DNA from: a virus
Strand: one strand, 5' to 3'
DNA length: 64,000 nucleotides
IMG/VR virus record: IMGVR_UViG_3300006931_000005
Location: 9,725 to 73,724 of that record
Below the pieces are notes generated by a model, which saw nothing but the letters and a program-made list of their open reading frames with translations, searched no databases and had not been told where the DNA came from. A program made the translations under genes and the position numbers. Position 1 is the stretch's first letter, and each line of letters begins with the position of its first letter. Below are positions 26,832 to 37,308 of this stretch, one piece after another.

Positions 26832-28431
26832 CCCGGATCGGCTCGGTCTGATGCTGACGCCGGGTGCTCGCCCGGATGCTTCGCACATCTTCCTGAAGCT
26901 CATCCCAAAGCTCTCGAGCCAGCGCGTAAGTGAGCGCGTCGAACGGATGTTTGTGCCGTGAGTGCGCGGCAATGGTGCCCTCCACCTTGCCCTTGCCGAT
27001 GCACTGAAGCATCTCGATCAGCTTGGGGCATTTCGATGACGAAATAATCAGCCGGTTCTGGATCAGCAATTTCTTCAGCAGCCGGATGCGGTTGCCGACA
27101 GAGCCACGGCCCTTGTCCACACCGATCAGGCGCAGCCGTCCGTCGCTGATGGTGTACATCTCGTCCGCGACCGTCCGGTTCGCAATCGACTCCTTGAAAT
27201 TCACGGCGCTCGAATCCGCCCAGCAGGATGACCAGTCAAAATCCCAGCCGCAATTCTTAACCCAGCCAGTCTCGCGCTCCCACTCATCCATCTTCTCCAT
27301 TAACAGGATGGTGAATTCGCTCACTTGAATTTCTTCGCCAATGTACGCAAGCTCGTCGAGCACCTTAAATACGCTCACCGGCTTCAGGGTGTGAACCCCT
27401 TTTATAATCACCGGTCTTTGGTCGGTGACTTTTTCGATGATGTATGAGACCGGGTTTACGCCACCGGCATCGTGGCCGGTAATCAGCCCGGTGCATCCGG
27501 GCTCCGGGATCAGATCGTCGAGCGGGTCTGGATTTTTAAGCGCCCCGGAAAGATGGATCAGCGGAAGAAATGCGTCAGCAAACAGAGCGCCCTTGACCGC
27601 CGCCGTCCACTTGCCAAGGATATAGCGGTCGTATTGCGCCGGATTTTTTTCGTACACCTTCCGGGTGAGCGCCTTTCGCTCGTCGGATACGAACGGGTTG
27701 TCCTCCATCGTCCACTCGGTCAGGTGCAGGCAGCGGCGGATCAGCAGCTCGTCGGCATCACATTCAGATTCCGGCGCGATCCGCAGCTCGTAGAAAAGTT
27801 TGTAGAGAAAATGTTCCGTGCCGGTATCAGGTGGATTCGCGTCGATCAGCATGACGTGCTCCTCATCGTGGAGACCCATGATGCGGAGCGCCATGAACAG
27901 CGTCATAAATGTGGTCTCATCCCGGAATTCACCCGCTTCCGACCAGTAGATCATCGAGTAATAGCGTGACTTGTATTTGTCCTCGACCTCGCGCTCGTCA
28001 TCGAGCGAGTCCAGCTCCAGCTTGGAAATTCCGCCGTGCTTGTTCCTAACGGAAGCGACCATCTTTTTCGTGGCACCATGAATCTTTGGCTCCATCTCCC
28101 ACTCGAAGAAAACCTGCTGCTTCTGGCCATCAACCTCGATCTCGACGCCGATGTTCTGGTTGATCCAGTCGGGCAAAACTTTTTCCGTGAGCTCCGTCCA
28201 GATGCCGGAGGTTGCTGCTGCGCCAGCGGTGTGGCAGAGAACGAGGACTGATCCATCCTTGGTTTCCCATAGATGCTCGGCGATGGCATCAAGACAGCCA
28301 ACACTTTTGCCGGAGATACGGGTGCCGAAAACAGCGATTACCTTCATTACCCCGGTGCGCTTCCGGCACAAGGCCCGCAATGCTTTCTGCTTGGGGGACT
28401 GGATCAGCGTTCCGTTTTTGTCGAATGGCAT
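26821..28431 (-). CDS. terL: terminase large subunit
   Basis: Walker A GTRISGKS, variant Walker B IYWSEAGE, DANPP, DNPF..RYILGKW; nuclease HDAG, WADS, HPFDALTY. Confidence 0.9.
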   Translation of the reverse strand: MPFDKNGTLIQSPKQKALRALCRKRTGVMKVIAVFGTRISGKSVGCLDAIAEHLWETKDGSVLVLCHTAGAAATSGIWTELTEKVLPDWINQNIGVEIEVDGQKQQVFFEWEMEPKIHGATKKMVASVRNKHGGISKLELDSLDDEREVEDKYKSRYYSMIYWSEAGEFRDETTFMTLFMALRIMGLHDEEHVMLIDANPPDTGTEHFLYKLFYELRIAPESECDADELLIRRCLHLTEWTMEDNPFVSDERKALTRKVYEKNPAQYDRYILGKWTAAVKGALFADAFLPLIHLSGALKNPDPLDDLIPEPGCTGLITGHDAGGVNPVSYIIEKVTDQRPVIIKGVHTLKPVSVFKVLDELAYIGEEIQVSEFTILLMEKMDEWERETGWVKNCGWDFDWSSCWADSSAVNFKESIANRTVADEMYTISDGRLRLIGVDKGRGSVGNRIRLLKKLLIQNRLIISSSKCPKLIEMLQCIGKGKVEGTIAAHSRHKHPFDALTYALARELWDELQEDVRSIRASTRRQHQTEPIRVRL

Positions 28432-28445
28432 GGCGAATAAACTTG

Positions 28446-28503
28446 TTGCAAGTATCGCCCGATTGAATTACAAATCAATAGGAAACGCCAAATATGGCAA
28501 TAT
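28446..28503. promoter_or_regulatory. divergent promoter region (terL / head operon) with operator
   Basis: CGCCA-AATA-TGGCA at 28486-28499 running into TGG-CAATAT; minus-strand TTGATT-16-GATACT. Confidence 0.5.
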
Positions 28504-28528
28504 CAAATCCTTAACCCGCAAAACTTTT

Positions 28529-28762
28529 ATGGACTCTCTTACCATCGCCGTACCACCCGAACAACAGGATGCCGTTTCAAGCTGGCAGGATGGCGAATCC
28601 TACACCGTCACCATCAAGCAGACCGGCCCCGGCCAGTTTGATCTTGTTTCCGTCGAGCCCGAAAGCCCGGCAGAGGACAAGACCGAGACCACCGAGGAAG
28701 GCCCGGCCATGGATGCGAATCCTTCCATGGATGTGGTGATGAAGCAGAAAAAGGGTGCATGA
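28529..28762 (+). CDS. small acidic protein
   Basis: ATG 28529; ATGA overlap with the portal candidate. Confidence 0.65.
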   Translation: MDSLTIAVPPEQQDAVSSWQDGESYTVTIKQTGPGQFDLVSVEPESPAEDKTETTEEGPAMDANPSMDVVMKQKKGA

Positions 28763-31110
28763 TCTCGAAGGCGACCATAAAGAAGTACAAGCTCGACACG
28801 GAATCGCTTAAAACGCTGTTCACGGCGGACAAGCCGAGCAAGCCGATCAAGAGTCTGACAAACTTGATCGGCAACCGCATAAAAGAATGGCGGGAGCGAA
28901 ATTTCTCCGACTACAAAATCTGGGCGGCGGTCGATTATGCTTACGACACGCCGTTCTCACAGACCACGGCCACGGTGCTCCGGCACATCATGTCGGAATG
29001 CACCAAGCCGGAAGAAATTCTGACCGCGCTCCGGGGCTGGGGGCTTTCGGATGAAACGCTTTTCACAACCGAGGTGGACGGCGACAAGAAAAAGCACCAC
29101 CTGAATATGTCGGTGTTCACCGAGGTATTCATCCCGCTCGTCCGGGCCTACCTGACGATCCGGCTTTCAAAGATTTACAACGACCGGAACATCTCGCCAC
29201 TTTTCACCTATTCGCCGGTTTTCGCCACGGCTGAAAATCGCTTCCTCTGCGAAGTTCTTCAAGAGCTGGTCGAGACCATGGCGACCAACTTCGGTTATCC
29301 GGCAGTGCTCCGCGATTTCATCTTCAACGCTCTGATGTACTCCGTCTCGCTCAAGTTCCCGGTCGAGCCGTGGACTGAATACAAGCAGGAGGATGCGGAT
29401 GGCAAAGAGATCGTCGAAAAAGAGGGTGTGCGCTACGTCATTCCGCACGTCAGCCGCATTGGTTATGATCTGAATTTTCCGCTGCACACCCTGAACACCG
29501 GCACCGGCTGCTCCTACGCGCTTTACTGGGAGGTCACGCGCTGGGGTGATATTGACGAGGATGTTTTTTGGAATTTGGACAAGGTGCCGCACGGCACCAA
29601 CTGGCTTGATCCGTCGCAGGGCTGGCATAATTATTTTACGGAGGTCTATCCGTGCTCGCTCCAGTTCCCGACCACCACCGCTGCAATCAAGGGCAAGAAA
29701 ACAAACCGTGAGGACATGGCGGCAGGCTTCTACAACAAGGATGACTACGACAGCGCGTTTTTTCAGACCTATATTTTCATGGAGCTGGTGCCCTCTGAAT
29801 GGGGGCTTGGCGATTACGATAACAAGGTGTGGATGAAGTTCACGGTCGGCTCCGACCGGACGATCATATACGCCGAGGTCTGGCAATACCGACCAGTTGA
29901 TTACATTGGTTATGACGCAGACAGCGGACGTGGCCGTAATGCGAGCTTGGCACTGGAGATCATTCCGTTCCAAGATTTGACGGGCAATGCGCTGAACCAA
30001 TTCCTGCTGACGATCAAGCGCAACCTGACGAACGTGGTTTTTTACAACAACGAGGCTGTTGATGAAAACCAGATCAAGTCCTTGAACCGCGAAAGCAATT
30101 CGCAGTATCAGCAGTTGAATTTTGTCGGCTTCGACGGGTTGAAGATGGAACGCGCTGGCGTGGACATGGGCAACGTGTTCAAGGCCGTGACCTTTCCATA
30201 CGCTGATCCAAGCCCGGTGCTGCTTTCGCTCAACACGATCATCGCCGTGCTCGAACGGGTGCTCGTCATTTCCGCGCAGGAAAGCGGATCGTCCGCCAGC
30301 CATCAGCAGTCGAAGAAGGAAGTCGAGATCACCAACGCGAACACGAGCAATCGCGTTTCATACACGGCTGGATTCGTTGACGAGGGATCGGACGCATGGA
30401 AGCGGCAGCTCGTGGAAGCGGCCCTGTGTAACATGACTGGCAACGAGGTCATGGCCAACGTCTCGACCGACATTCCGGGCCTTGCCGATCTGGTTAAAAA
30501 ACTTGGATTTGAATTTGTGAACGGGTTGCCGGTTGCGGGCGAGAAAAAAGTTCTGGTCAAGGGCAAGATTCCGGCGACCAAGCTGGTGCAGTTGATCGCA
30601 CGCCGGGCCGAGACCGACCGCGAAACCGATGCGGCCACGGCGCAGGCCATGTTCAACGCGATCTCCTCGATCTCAAACAGCCAGTTCTTGTCCTCCGTCG
30701 TCGATCCAGCATCGCTCGTCGAAGCTCTGGAGCTCGCGTCGAAGCTCGCTGGTGCCGACAACGATTTCAAAATCCGGCTGAATCAGGACGGGGCCATGGC
30801 CGGTCAGGTTCAAAAGCTCATCGGCCAAATCCAGCAGCAGATCATGCAGGCCGTCGAGAAGGAAGTCGCGCAGCCCGCCGCCGACGCCATCGCGCAGCAA
30901 GGCCAGAAGAATAACGAGAATACCGCCAACATTGAGGCGCTGACAGCCGCGCTCGAAAAGATTCAGCAGATGATTTCCGCCAGCGCACCGTTGCCGACAC
31001 CGACGGTCACTGCAAAATTGGCCACCGCACCAGCCCCGTCGGCTGCGCCCGCGCCAGCACTAGCACCAGACCTTAATGCACCTCCAATCCAACCCCCTAT
31101 CAGCGGCTAA
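28759..31110 (+). CDS. portal protein (putative)
   Basis: 783 aa, position between terL and scaffold/capsid, Q/A/P-rich coiled C-terminus. Confidence 0.7.
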   Translation: MISKATIKKYKLDTESLKTLFTADKPSKPIKSLTNLIGNRIKEWRERNFSDYKIWAAVDYAYDTPFSQTTATVLRHIMSECTKPEEILTALRGWGLSDETLFTTEVDGDKKKHHLNMSVFTEVFIPLVRAYLTIRLSKIYNDRNISPLFTYSPVFATAENRFLCEVLQELVETMATNFGYPAVLRDFIFNALMYSVSLKFPVEPWTEYKQEDADGKEIVEKEGVRYVIPHVSRIGYDLNFPLHTLNTGTGCSYALYWEVTRWGDIDEDVFWNLDKVPHGTNWLDPSQGWHNYFTEVYPCSLQFPTTTAAIKGKKTNREDMAAGFYNKDDYDSAFFQTYIFMELVPSEWGLGDYDNKVWMKFTVGSDRTIIYAEVWQYRPVDYIGYDADSGRGRNASLALEIIPFQDLTGNALNQFLLTIKRNLTNVVFYNNEAVDENQIKSLNRESNSQYQQLNFVGFDGLKMERAGVDMGNVFKAVTFPYADPSPVLLSLNTIIAVLERVLVISAQESGSSASHQQSKKEVEITNANTSNRVSYTAGFVDEGSDAWKRQLVEAALCNMTGNEVMANVSTDIPGLADLVKKLGFEFVNGLPVAGEKKVLVKGKIPATKLVQLIARRAETDRETDAATAQAMFNAISSISNSQFLSSVVDPASLVEALELASKLAGADNDFKIRLNQDGAMAGQVQKLIGQIQQQIMQAVEKEVAQPAADAIAQQGQKNNENTANIEALTAALEKIQQMISASAPLPTPTVTAKLATAPAPSAAPAPALAPDLNAPPIQPPISG

Positions 31111-31387
31111 ACAGGCGATGGTACGCCGCACGCTCGATTCGGACGGCTTTCCCGTTCTGATCGAGGTTCTGCGTTCAAAGGCTTTTGAATTCGAGGTCGA
31201 AGTCGCCAACGCTTCGCTCACTTCAACCACCGGCTACGAGAACAAGGCGAAGGATTTCGCGCAGAAGGCCATCGCCGCGCACGCCGCCATCAAGCTGCTT
31301 ACGGAAATGTACGAGCACGACAGCAAAAACAATTTTAAAGTTTCGACGGCGACACCATCGGAAAACACCAACACCATAACCAAGTAA
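31076..31387 (+). CDS. small head-operon protein
   Basis: Helical ORF between portal and scaffold. Confidence 0.6.
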   Translation: MHLQSNPLSAAKQAMVRRTLDSDGFPVLIEVLRSKAFEFEVEVANASLTSTTGYENKAKDFAQKAIAAHAAIKLLTEMYEHDSKNNFKVSTATPSENTNTITK

Positions 31388-31391
31388 AAAT

Positions 31392-32831
31392 ATGCCAGAA
31401 GCACCCAAGACCGATCTTCCGAAACCCAACGCAACCACCGACGCTGAAAAGCAGGAGAATCGCACAGCGTTCATCCGCAACATCGTCGGCATCAGAAAGC
31501 CGAAGGAGAGCACCGAGAAGCCAGCAGAAAAGCCGGGTGACAAACCGGCTGAAGCCAAGCCCGGAGAAAAGCCTGCGGACAAACCCATCGCTGCCGCGAA
31601 GAAAAAAGTCACGGCTCCGAAGGCGGCTCCCGTTGCGCTTTCCACGGAAGATTTGGCGACCGCCGTTTCGACCGGCGTGCGCGAGGCTCTGAAGCCTGCG
31701 GACAAGCCGAAGGTCGAGGAGCCGAAGCCGACCGACAAACTCTCGGACAAGGACAAGAAGCGTTACGCCGTGTTCGAGCAGATGGAGAAAAACAATCCGA
31801 CGGCGAACACCGGGCTGGCCAAGAAGTTTTTGGAAAACCGCACCAAGCACGAGGAGTATCAGAAGGCTTGGGAGGCAAAAAATCCGGGCAAGAAATTTGA
31901 CATCGGCGAGGATGAGCACGCTGATTTCATCGCGGCCAACGATTTGACGTGGGACGAGGATGAATACGTCGAGGCGCTGACCGATCTGAAATCCAGCAAG
32001 GCGCTCAACAACGTGGAGGAAAAATTCAAGGGCCAGCTCACGGAGCAGCAGCGCCAGCGCGAGCAGGAAGAACGCGCCCGCGAAGAAGCCCCGCTCGTGA
32101 TCCGGCATCAAGTGGACACGGCCCGGACGCTGTTCAAAAATCTTGGTGATGAATTCGCCAAGGTGCTGAACGAGGACGGCAACATCAACATCGAGGAGGT
32201 GAAGCGCCTGTCGGAAGAAAATCCGATCTACAAGAAAACCGTTTTTCCGATGGCGCAAAAGGTCGAGGCATTCGCGGGCGAGCTGCTTCGCATTGCGCGT
32301 GGCCATACTTCGATCCGCGAGACCGAGCCGACCGCCGCTGAATGGGCGAAGATGAATCCGGCAGCGCGGGCGCAGCATCTTTTGCACGCCGAGATCGTGA
32401 ACTACGTCACGCAGCAGGAGCAAATTTTCGACCAGCTCCCGGATGAGAAGAAGATGAACCAGCGCGATCAAATGTTCACCACGTCCGAGAAATACTCGAA
32501 GATGACCAAGGCGCAACAGGCGAAGCACTGGGTTTTGCGCGACTCGGAATTGTCCGCGCTTTACGCCATGGACGCCTCCGTCGCCATCAAAAAATCCATC
32601 GAAGCCGAGGAGGGAAACTTCCGCCAGATCGCCGAGAAGCGCGGTCTCAAGCTTCCTGAAGCGCCCAAGCCCGGCGAGAAACCAGCCGAAAAACCTGTTG
32701 ATGACAAGGCTGCGGATGTTACTGGCCGTCGTCCGCCGCCGTCCACTGTTTCGCCAAGAATGGCAACGAAGCCCGGTGAGCAGAAAGATGAAAAAACTGC
32801 TACCTATAAAGGACTTCTTGGACGAAGATAA
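31392..32831 (+). CDS. capsid scaffolding protein (putative)
   Basis: K/E/P/A-rich, coiled, directly upstream of the capsid candidate. Confidence 0.7.
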   Translation: MPEAPKTDLPKPNATTDAEKQENRTAFIRNIVGIRKPKESTEKPAEKPGDKPAEAKPGEKPADKPIAAAKKKVTAPKAAPVALSTEDLATAVSTGVREALKPADKPKVEEPKPTDKLSDKDKKRYAVFEQMEKNNPTANTGLAKKFLENRTKHEEYQKAWEAKNPGKKFDIGEDEHADFIAANDLTWDEDEYVEALTDLKSSKALNNVEEKFKGQLTEQQRQREQEERAREEAPLVIRHQVDTARTLFKNLGDEFAKVLNEDGNINIEEVKRLSEENPIYKKTVFPMAQKVEAFAGELLRIARGHTSIRETEPTAAEWAKMNPAARAQHLLHAEIVNYVTQQEQIFDQLPDEKKMNQRDQMFTTSEKYSKMTKAQQAKHWVLRDSELSALYAMDASVAIKKSIEAEEGNFRQIAEKRGLKLPEAPKPGEKPAEKPVDDKAADVTGRRPPPSTVSPRMATKPGEQKDEKTATYKGLLGRR

Positions 32832-32871
32832 TTCCAACAGCGGAATATAACCCTCCGCTAAAAATAAAATT

Positions 32872-34596
32872 ATGGGAAAAGCACCCGCATCAATCGCCAA
32901 CGTATTCCAACGCTGCTCGCCAGCGATCCGCTCCAACATCGCCGAATGCGGATCGGTAACTTTGTGCGCCAACACGAAGCCTGAAACGCTGGATGATCTG
33001 CTGAACATCTACACGTCGGACGGCGAATACCGCCTGCTGAATCATTTGCTGATGACGCACTTCACCATCAAGGCGTGCGGCACGGTCAAGCGGGGGATGC
33101 GTGATTTCTTCATGGCGAACCTGAAAACGACCCAGAAGTCGCAGATCAAGTTCGACCAGAACGAACGGGCGCTGACCAAGGTTGCGCCGTTCATCATGGC
33201 GGATCAGAAGATTCCGCGTAACAACATTTCATGGCAGGCCACGGCTGGCGCTTCCGCTGACGGCGGCAACTGGTCGATGCGTATGGCTTCCGCCGACGGC
33301 ATCCCGGCCCACGCCCGCTATTTCCCGGCTGGCATGGTCTTGTTCGTTGTCGGCATCGGTGCCGGTGGCGTGAAGGTGAAGTGGCAGGGCGACGTGGTTT
33401 CATCCACGCTCTCCGCCGACGGCACATACGTCACCGTCGTAATGACTCCGCAGAACGCGGGGTCGTTGATGCCCGCTGCGAGCACGGCGAATCCCACGAC
33501 CGGCGTGGCTTATCGCGGTGTCGCCAACGTCGGCAAGACCGAAAGCTACTGCGACGATACGCCCGCCTTGGTTGACACCAAGCGCGTGCCGTTCTGGATG
33601 CAGGATATGCGCTGGACGATGTGTACCTCCGAGCTGTTCAACGAATGGCAGGATTTGGTCATGGCGAACAACCCGCTGTACAAGGCGTACCAGTACATCC
33701 CCGAAGTCGAACGGATGCGCCAGATGGGTGAGGACTTTGAGGCCCGGCTGTTCAACGCCGCGTGGTTTCAGGCTCCGATCAGCGAGAAGCAAAACCTGTC
33801 GGAATACAACCAGCTTCCCGAACTGACGAACTACCTTTCCGCCACCGGGCTCGGTGTCGAAGGTGGCCGTTGCGTCGGTCGCCGGGCGAACATGGTCGGC
33901 TGGCTCGAACAGCTCCGCGAGTGCGACCGCTGGTTCGACGCGGCTGGTGCCCAGCTCAACCTGTACAGCATCTTTGATGCGATCTACGCGATGTCCCGCG
34001 TCCGGGCCGGTATCGGCTCCATGGCGGCGAAACGCTTCGACGTGTTCACCGACGGCATCACTGCCGCCGCGATTGAGCAGGCGTTCATCGGCTACTACGG
34101 CGTGAAGTTTGGCGACAAGGATCGTTATCAGATGTACGCCAAGAGCGGCGAGAACGAGGAGCTGGGCATGGTGTTCACCAGCTACGTCCTCGACGGTCGC
34201 AACACGGGCGTCACCCTGAACGTCATCACCGACTGGGCGTTCGACGACACGCTCGCGGATTTCGCGGCGATGAACCTGACGAACGCCGGTCGCACGCTGA
34301 TGTTCTTGGACATGACGGGCATCTACTTGCAGGTCATCGAATCCGGCAAGCAGACGAATCACACGGGCGACATCAAGGCGCTGGCCGCTGTGGACGCGAG
34401 CTACCGCTGCGTGATCGAGACGTACACGATGGATACGGAGATCAACTATGTGAAGATGGCGGCGGTGGTCGAATGCCCGCAGGCATCGCTCATCATCGAC
34501 AACTTCTCCAGTGACGTGCCGAAGTTCGCCAAGGCGGACGCCACGGGCCGTCCGAGCTACATCCCCGGCCACGTCATCACGCCCTACGCGCTGTAA
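32872..34596 (+). CDS. major capsid protein (putative)
   Basis: Very strong codon bias, follows scaffold, followed by terminator. Confidence 0.75.
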   Translation: MGKAPASIANVFQRCSPAIRSNIAECGSVTLCANTKPETLDDLLNIYTSDGEYRLLNHLLMTHFTIKACGTVKRGMRDFFMANLKTTQKSQIKFDQNERALTKVAPFIMADQKIPRNNISWQATAGASADGGNWSMRMASADGIPAHARYFPAGMVLFVVGIGAGGVKVKWQGDVVSSTLSADGTYVTVVMTPQNAGSLMPAASTANPTTGVAYRGVANVGKTESYCDDTPALVDTKRVPFWMQDMRWTMCTSELFNEWQDLVMANNPLYKAYQYIPEVERMRQMGEDFEARLFNAAWFQAPISEKQNLSEYNQLPELTNYLSATGLGVEGGRCVGRRANMVGWLEQLRECDRWFDAAGAQLNLYSIFDAIYAMSRVRAGIGSMAAKRFDVFTDGITAAAIEQAFIGYYGVKFGDKDRYQMYAKSGENEELGMVFTSYVLDGRNTGVTLNVITDWAFDDTLADFAAMNLTNAGRTLMFLDMTGIYLQVIESGKQTNHTGDIKALAAVDASYRCVIETYTMDTEINYVKMAAVVECPQASLIIDNFSSDVPKFAKADATGRPSYIPGHVITPYAL

Positions 34597-34619
34597 TTTG
34601 GTCATGGTCTGGTGTCAAG

Positions 34620-34656
34620 CGAGCGGTGGCCAAAAGCCGCCGCTCGTTTTTTGTTT
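34620..34656 (+). terminator. intrinsic terminator
   Basis: CGAGCGGTGGC-CAAAA-GCCGCCGCTCG followed by TTTTTT. Confidence 0.85.
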
Positions 34657-34682
34657 GATAAACGACGGGCAGGCATTAGGAT
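34655..34682 (+). promoter_or_regulatory. promoter, leaderless mRNA
   Basis: TTGATA-16-TAGGAT; ATG 34689 follows 6 nt later. Confidence 0.5.
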
Positions 34683-34688
34683 AAAAAC

Positions 34689-35120
34689 ATGGCTAAGATG
34701 TATTTCAAAAAGTTGAACACGGCCAATGTCATCGCTGACCGGGCCGGATCACCAATCGAGTGGGAATCCCTTGGCGACCGTGACCGCACTGGCGTCCGGG
34801 CGCTGGACACCGAAATCGACGCGAACCTCATCGCCGACCTCGACAAATACGCCGACGACCGGGTGGGCGGCGTCATCAGGATCAGCCCGGAGATTTACGA
34901 GGAGCTTAAAAAAAAAGAGGAGCCACCGAGAAAATCATCGGCGCAATTATCCGGGCTCCGTCTGGCGGCACAGCCAGAGCCGTACAGCCGCCCGTCGGTC
35001 GAGGCTGCTCCGTCTGCGGCGGCGGTCGAGTCCGCTAGTTTTCAAGAGCCTCCCCCTCCGAGTGCGTCAACATTTTTCGCCCGCACGCGCCGGGCTCAAG
35101 CCCAGAAACCAACTGAATGA
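34689..35120 (+). CDS. hypothetical virion-operon protein
   Basis: Follows capsid gene; ATGA overlap with next. Confidence 0.7.
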   Translation: MAKMYFKKLNTANVIADRAGSPIEWESLGDRDRTGVRALDTEIDANLIADLDKYADDRVGGVIRISPEIYEELKKKEEPPRKSSAQLSGLRLAAQPEPYSRPSVEAAPSAAAVESASFQEPPPPSASTFFARTRRAQAQKPTE

Positions 35121-37306
35121 ATCTTGGAGAATTAAAGGCGGAGGTTCGTGCAACACTTTGGCCGGATGGCGAGGCTGAAAATCTCATCGGGCCGCACGAT
35201 AAAAAGTTCATTGAAGCCCTCGTCGATCTTCAAGAAGCGGTGCCCTGTCTGAAGATCGGCAACACCGACATCTACGCGCATTGCGCCACTTACTTCGATT
35301 GCGGCATGACCGTGTTCCCGGCCCCCCGTGGACAGATCAACGCCGTTTACACCATCGGCAAGCAGCAGGATGCGAGCGGTGTAGCCAATGGCACCTCGAT
35401 TGGATCGGTTGATCTGCCCGCGTCACAAAACCAGTTATTGATCGACGATGGCGGCGGCAACCTCATCGCCCCGCCCGCAACGCAGGCTGACGTGGCCGTA
35501 ATCCCGGCTGACGGCCTGTACACGATCCAAGTCCAGCAGAGCAATGCCGCGAGCTCGCTGTATCCCGCGAATGCCGCGCAGTATTTTCGGACGGAAGTGA
35601 TTTACACGGACACGGGCGGCGTCGTGCAGACGATCCAGCCAGCGCCCTTGATCCACATGAACGTGTCGTCGAACAACGGCTCCATGGTCATCAGCGCCAA
35701 GGCGGGCACCACGGTCTCCTGCCGGGTCAGCTCGTTCAATTCACCGCAGGTTGATGGCGGCATCGAGGTCATCGTCAACGTGCTGAAGGGATCGACAGTG
35801 AACAATGATGATTGGTGCTCAAAGGTTTTTTATGATCGTGTTGATTACTCACACCTCGAACGGTATGGCCGCATCTGCTCTCGCCAGACTTCTGGCATCC
35901 GGGCCATTGCTACCGCGCTGTTTGCCAGTCTGTTTGGTTGCGGACGATTCCGCCCAAAGTATTCCTATCCCGCCCCTGACGATGCCGGATACCAGCTCCT
36001 CCCTTCGCTCCCGTATGGCATCCATTACCCGCAACGCTCGACGGATGCTGGAGGTCGATCCCCCCGTGGCGTGTACGCAATCCACCATGGCCGCGTTTAT
36101 ATCGCGCCGTGGATCGAGAGCACGGAATCAGTGGTCATCGAATGGAATGGTCACAAGACCGAATGGAGTGATACCGACTCGGTTAATAGCCATCCGAAGT
36201 TCAAGAAAGCGGTGACGGAATTCGTGGGCCGCGAGCATTACACTTACTACGAATCAGATGACACTCGCAAAAACGATTTCATCAAAAATTATGCGCTGTC
36301 CGTGCGCGAGCTCATCAACGACTGCCGGAACAACACTCGCAAATTCAGCCTGAATGAAGCCGGTGTTTCGCCATCGGCGGCGACCGGCAACGGCACGATC
36401 TCCGGTGGATCAGGCGGCGTCAGCGGCGGCGGATCGGGCAGCTCCGGTGGTGGTGGATCGGGCACGTTCTACAACGATGAGCAGTCTTACACGGCGACGT
36501 GCCCTGCCGGTCAGACCGGCCAGTCGGTCACGTCCACAGTTTCAGCCGGTCAGGTGGGTAGCACGCTTTCCGTGGCGGACGCAAACGCACGGGCCTTGGC
36601 GCAGGCGCAGGCTGACGCGCAATCAAAGCTTTCATGCTCTCCGGCGTCCAGCGTGTTTCTGAACGTCGAGCAGACGTACACTGCCAACTGCCCCGGTGCC
36701 AACGGATCAACGCCCGCCTCGGTCGGCACTCCGGTCACGGTCACGATCCCGGCAGGCGCTTACCAGTCCGCCGTTTCGCAAGAGCTGGCTGACACGGCGG
36801 CTTTGCAAGCGGCCATGGAGCAGGCTAACGCCCAGCTCGTTTGCACGTTCTACAACGCCCCGCAGACAGCCACCGCCACCTGTCCGACGGGCACCACCGG
36901 CACGCAGCAGCAGGCCACGGTCGCAGCCGGTCAGTTCAACGATGTCACGCAGCAGGGTGCGGATGCCAAGGCGCTCGCCGCCGCCCAGACGCAGGCCACC
37001 GCCGCGCTTACCTGCTCCGGCACCACGTTTCAGGTCGGCAATACGCCGCAGACCGCCACCCGCGCCGGATCGGTTGTGCCACCGGGCTGTACGCGGGTTT
37101 TCACCTACAATCTGTCGGCGACCGTTTTGCAAAACACCTATGTCGCGCTGACAACGGCTGCAAATCAAATGGCAACGCAGGCTTCTTTGAACGCACAAGC
37201 GCAGGCGGCGGCACAGAACGCCGTAGGATTGCTATACTCGCAGCAGCTAAACAAATTCATGGCCTCGAACTGCGGTAGAACTGGGCCGGGAACGATCCTG
37301 CAATAA
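35117..37306 (+). CDS. head-tail adaptor-like protein with beta-sandwich insertion and DUF5977-like repeats
   Basis: MNLGELKAEVR start and VYIAP motif; Gly/Ser linker; about 4 repeats FYN..Q..TATCP.G..G..VTV.AG..S..S...A...A...A...L.C. Confidence 0.65.
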   Translation: MNLGELKAEVRATLWPDGEAENLIGPHDKKFIEALVDLQEAVPCLKIGNTDIYAHCATYFDCGMTVFPAPRGQINAVYTIGKQQDASGVANGTSIGSVDLPASQNQLLIDDGGGNLIAPPATQADVAVIPADGLYTIQVQQSNAASSLYPANAAQYFRTEVIYTDTGGVVQTIQPAPLIHMNVSSNNGSMVISAKAGTTVSCRVSSFNSPQVDGGIEVIVNVLKGSTVNNDDWCSKVFYDRVDYSHLERYGRICSRQTSGIRAIATALFASLFGCGRFRPKYSYPAPDDAGYQLLPSLPYGIHYPQRSTDAGGRSPRGVYAIHHGRVYIAPWIESTESVVIEWNGHKTEWSDTDSVNSHPKFKKAVTEFVGREHYTYYESDDTRKNDFIKNYALSVRELINDCRNNTRKFSLNEAGVSPSAATGNGTISGGSGGVSGGGSGSSGGGGSGTFYNDEQSYTATCPAGQTGQSVTSTVSAGQVGSTLSVADANARALAQAQADAQSKLSCSPASSVFLNVEQTYTANCPGANGSTPASVGTPVTVTIPAGAYQSAVSQELADTAALQAAMEQANAQLVCTFYNAPQTATATCPTGTTGTQQQATVAAGQFNDVTQQGADAKALAAAQTQATAALTCSGTTFQVGNTPQTATRAGSVVPPGCTRVFTYNLSATVLQNTYVALTTAANQMATQASLNAQAQAAAQNAVGLLYSQQLNKFMASNCGRTGPGTILQ

Positions 37307-37308
37307 CT

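Noticed and set aside
28151-28528. 5' extension of ORF 28151-28762
   Set aside because: Overlaps terL antisense and the divergent promoter region; ATG 28529 is the better start
36470-37260. Tail repeats as DGR or invertible cassettes
   Set aside because: They are diverged protein-level repeats without near-identical DNA copies or adenine-specific differences
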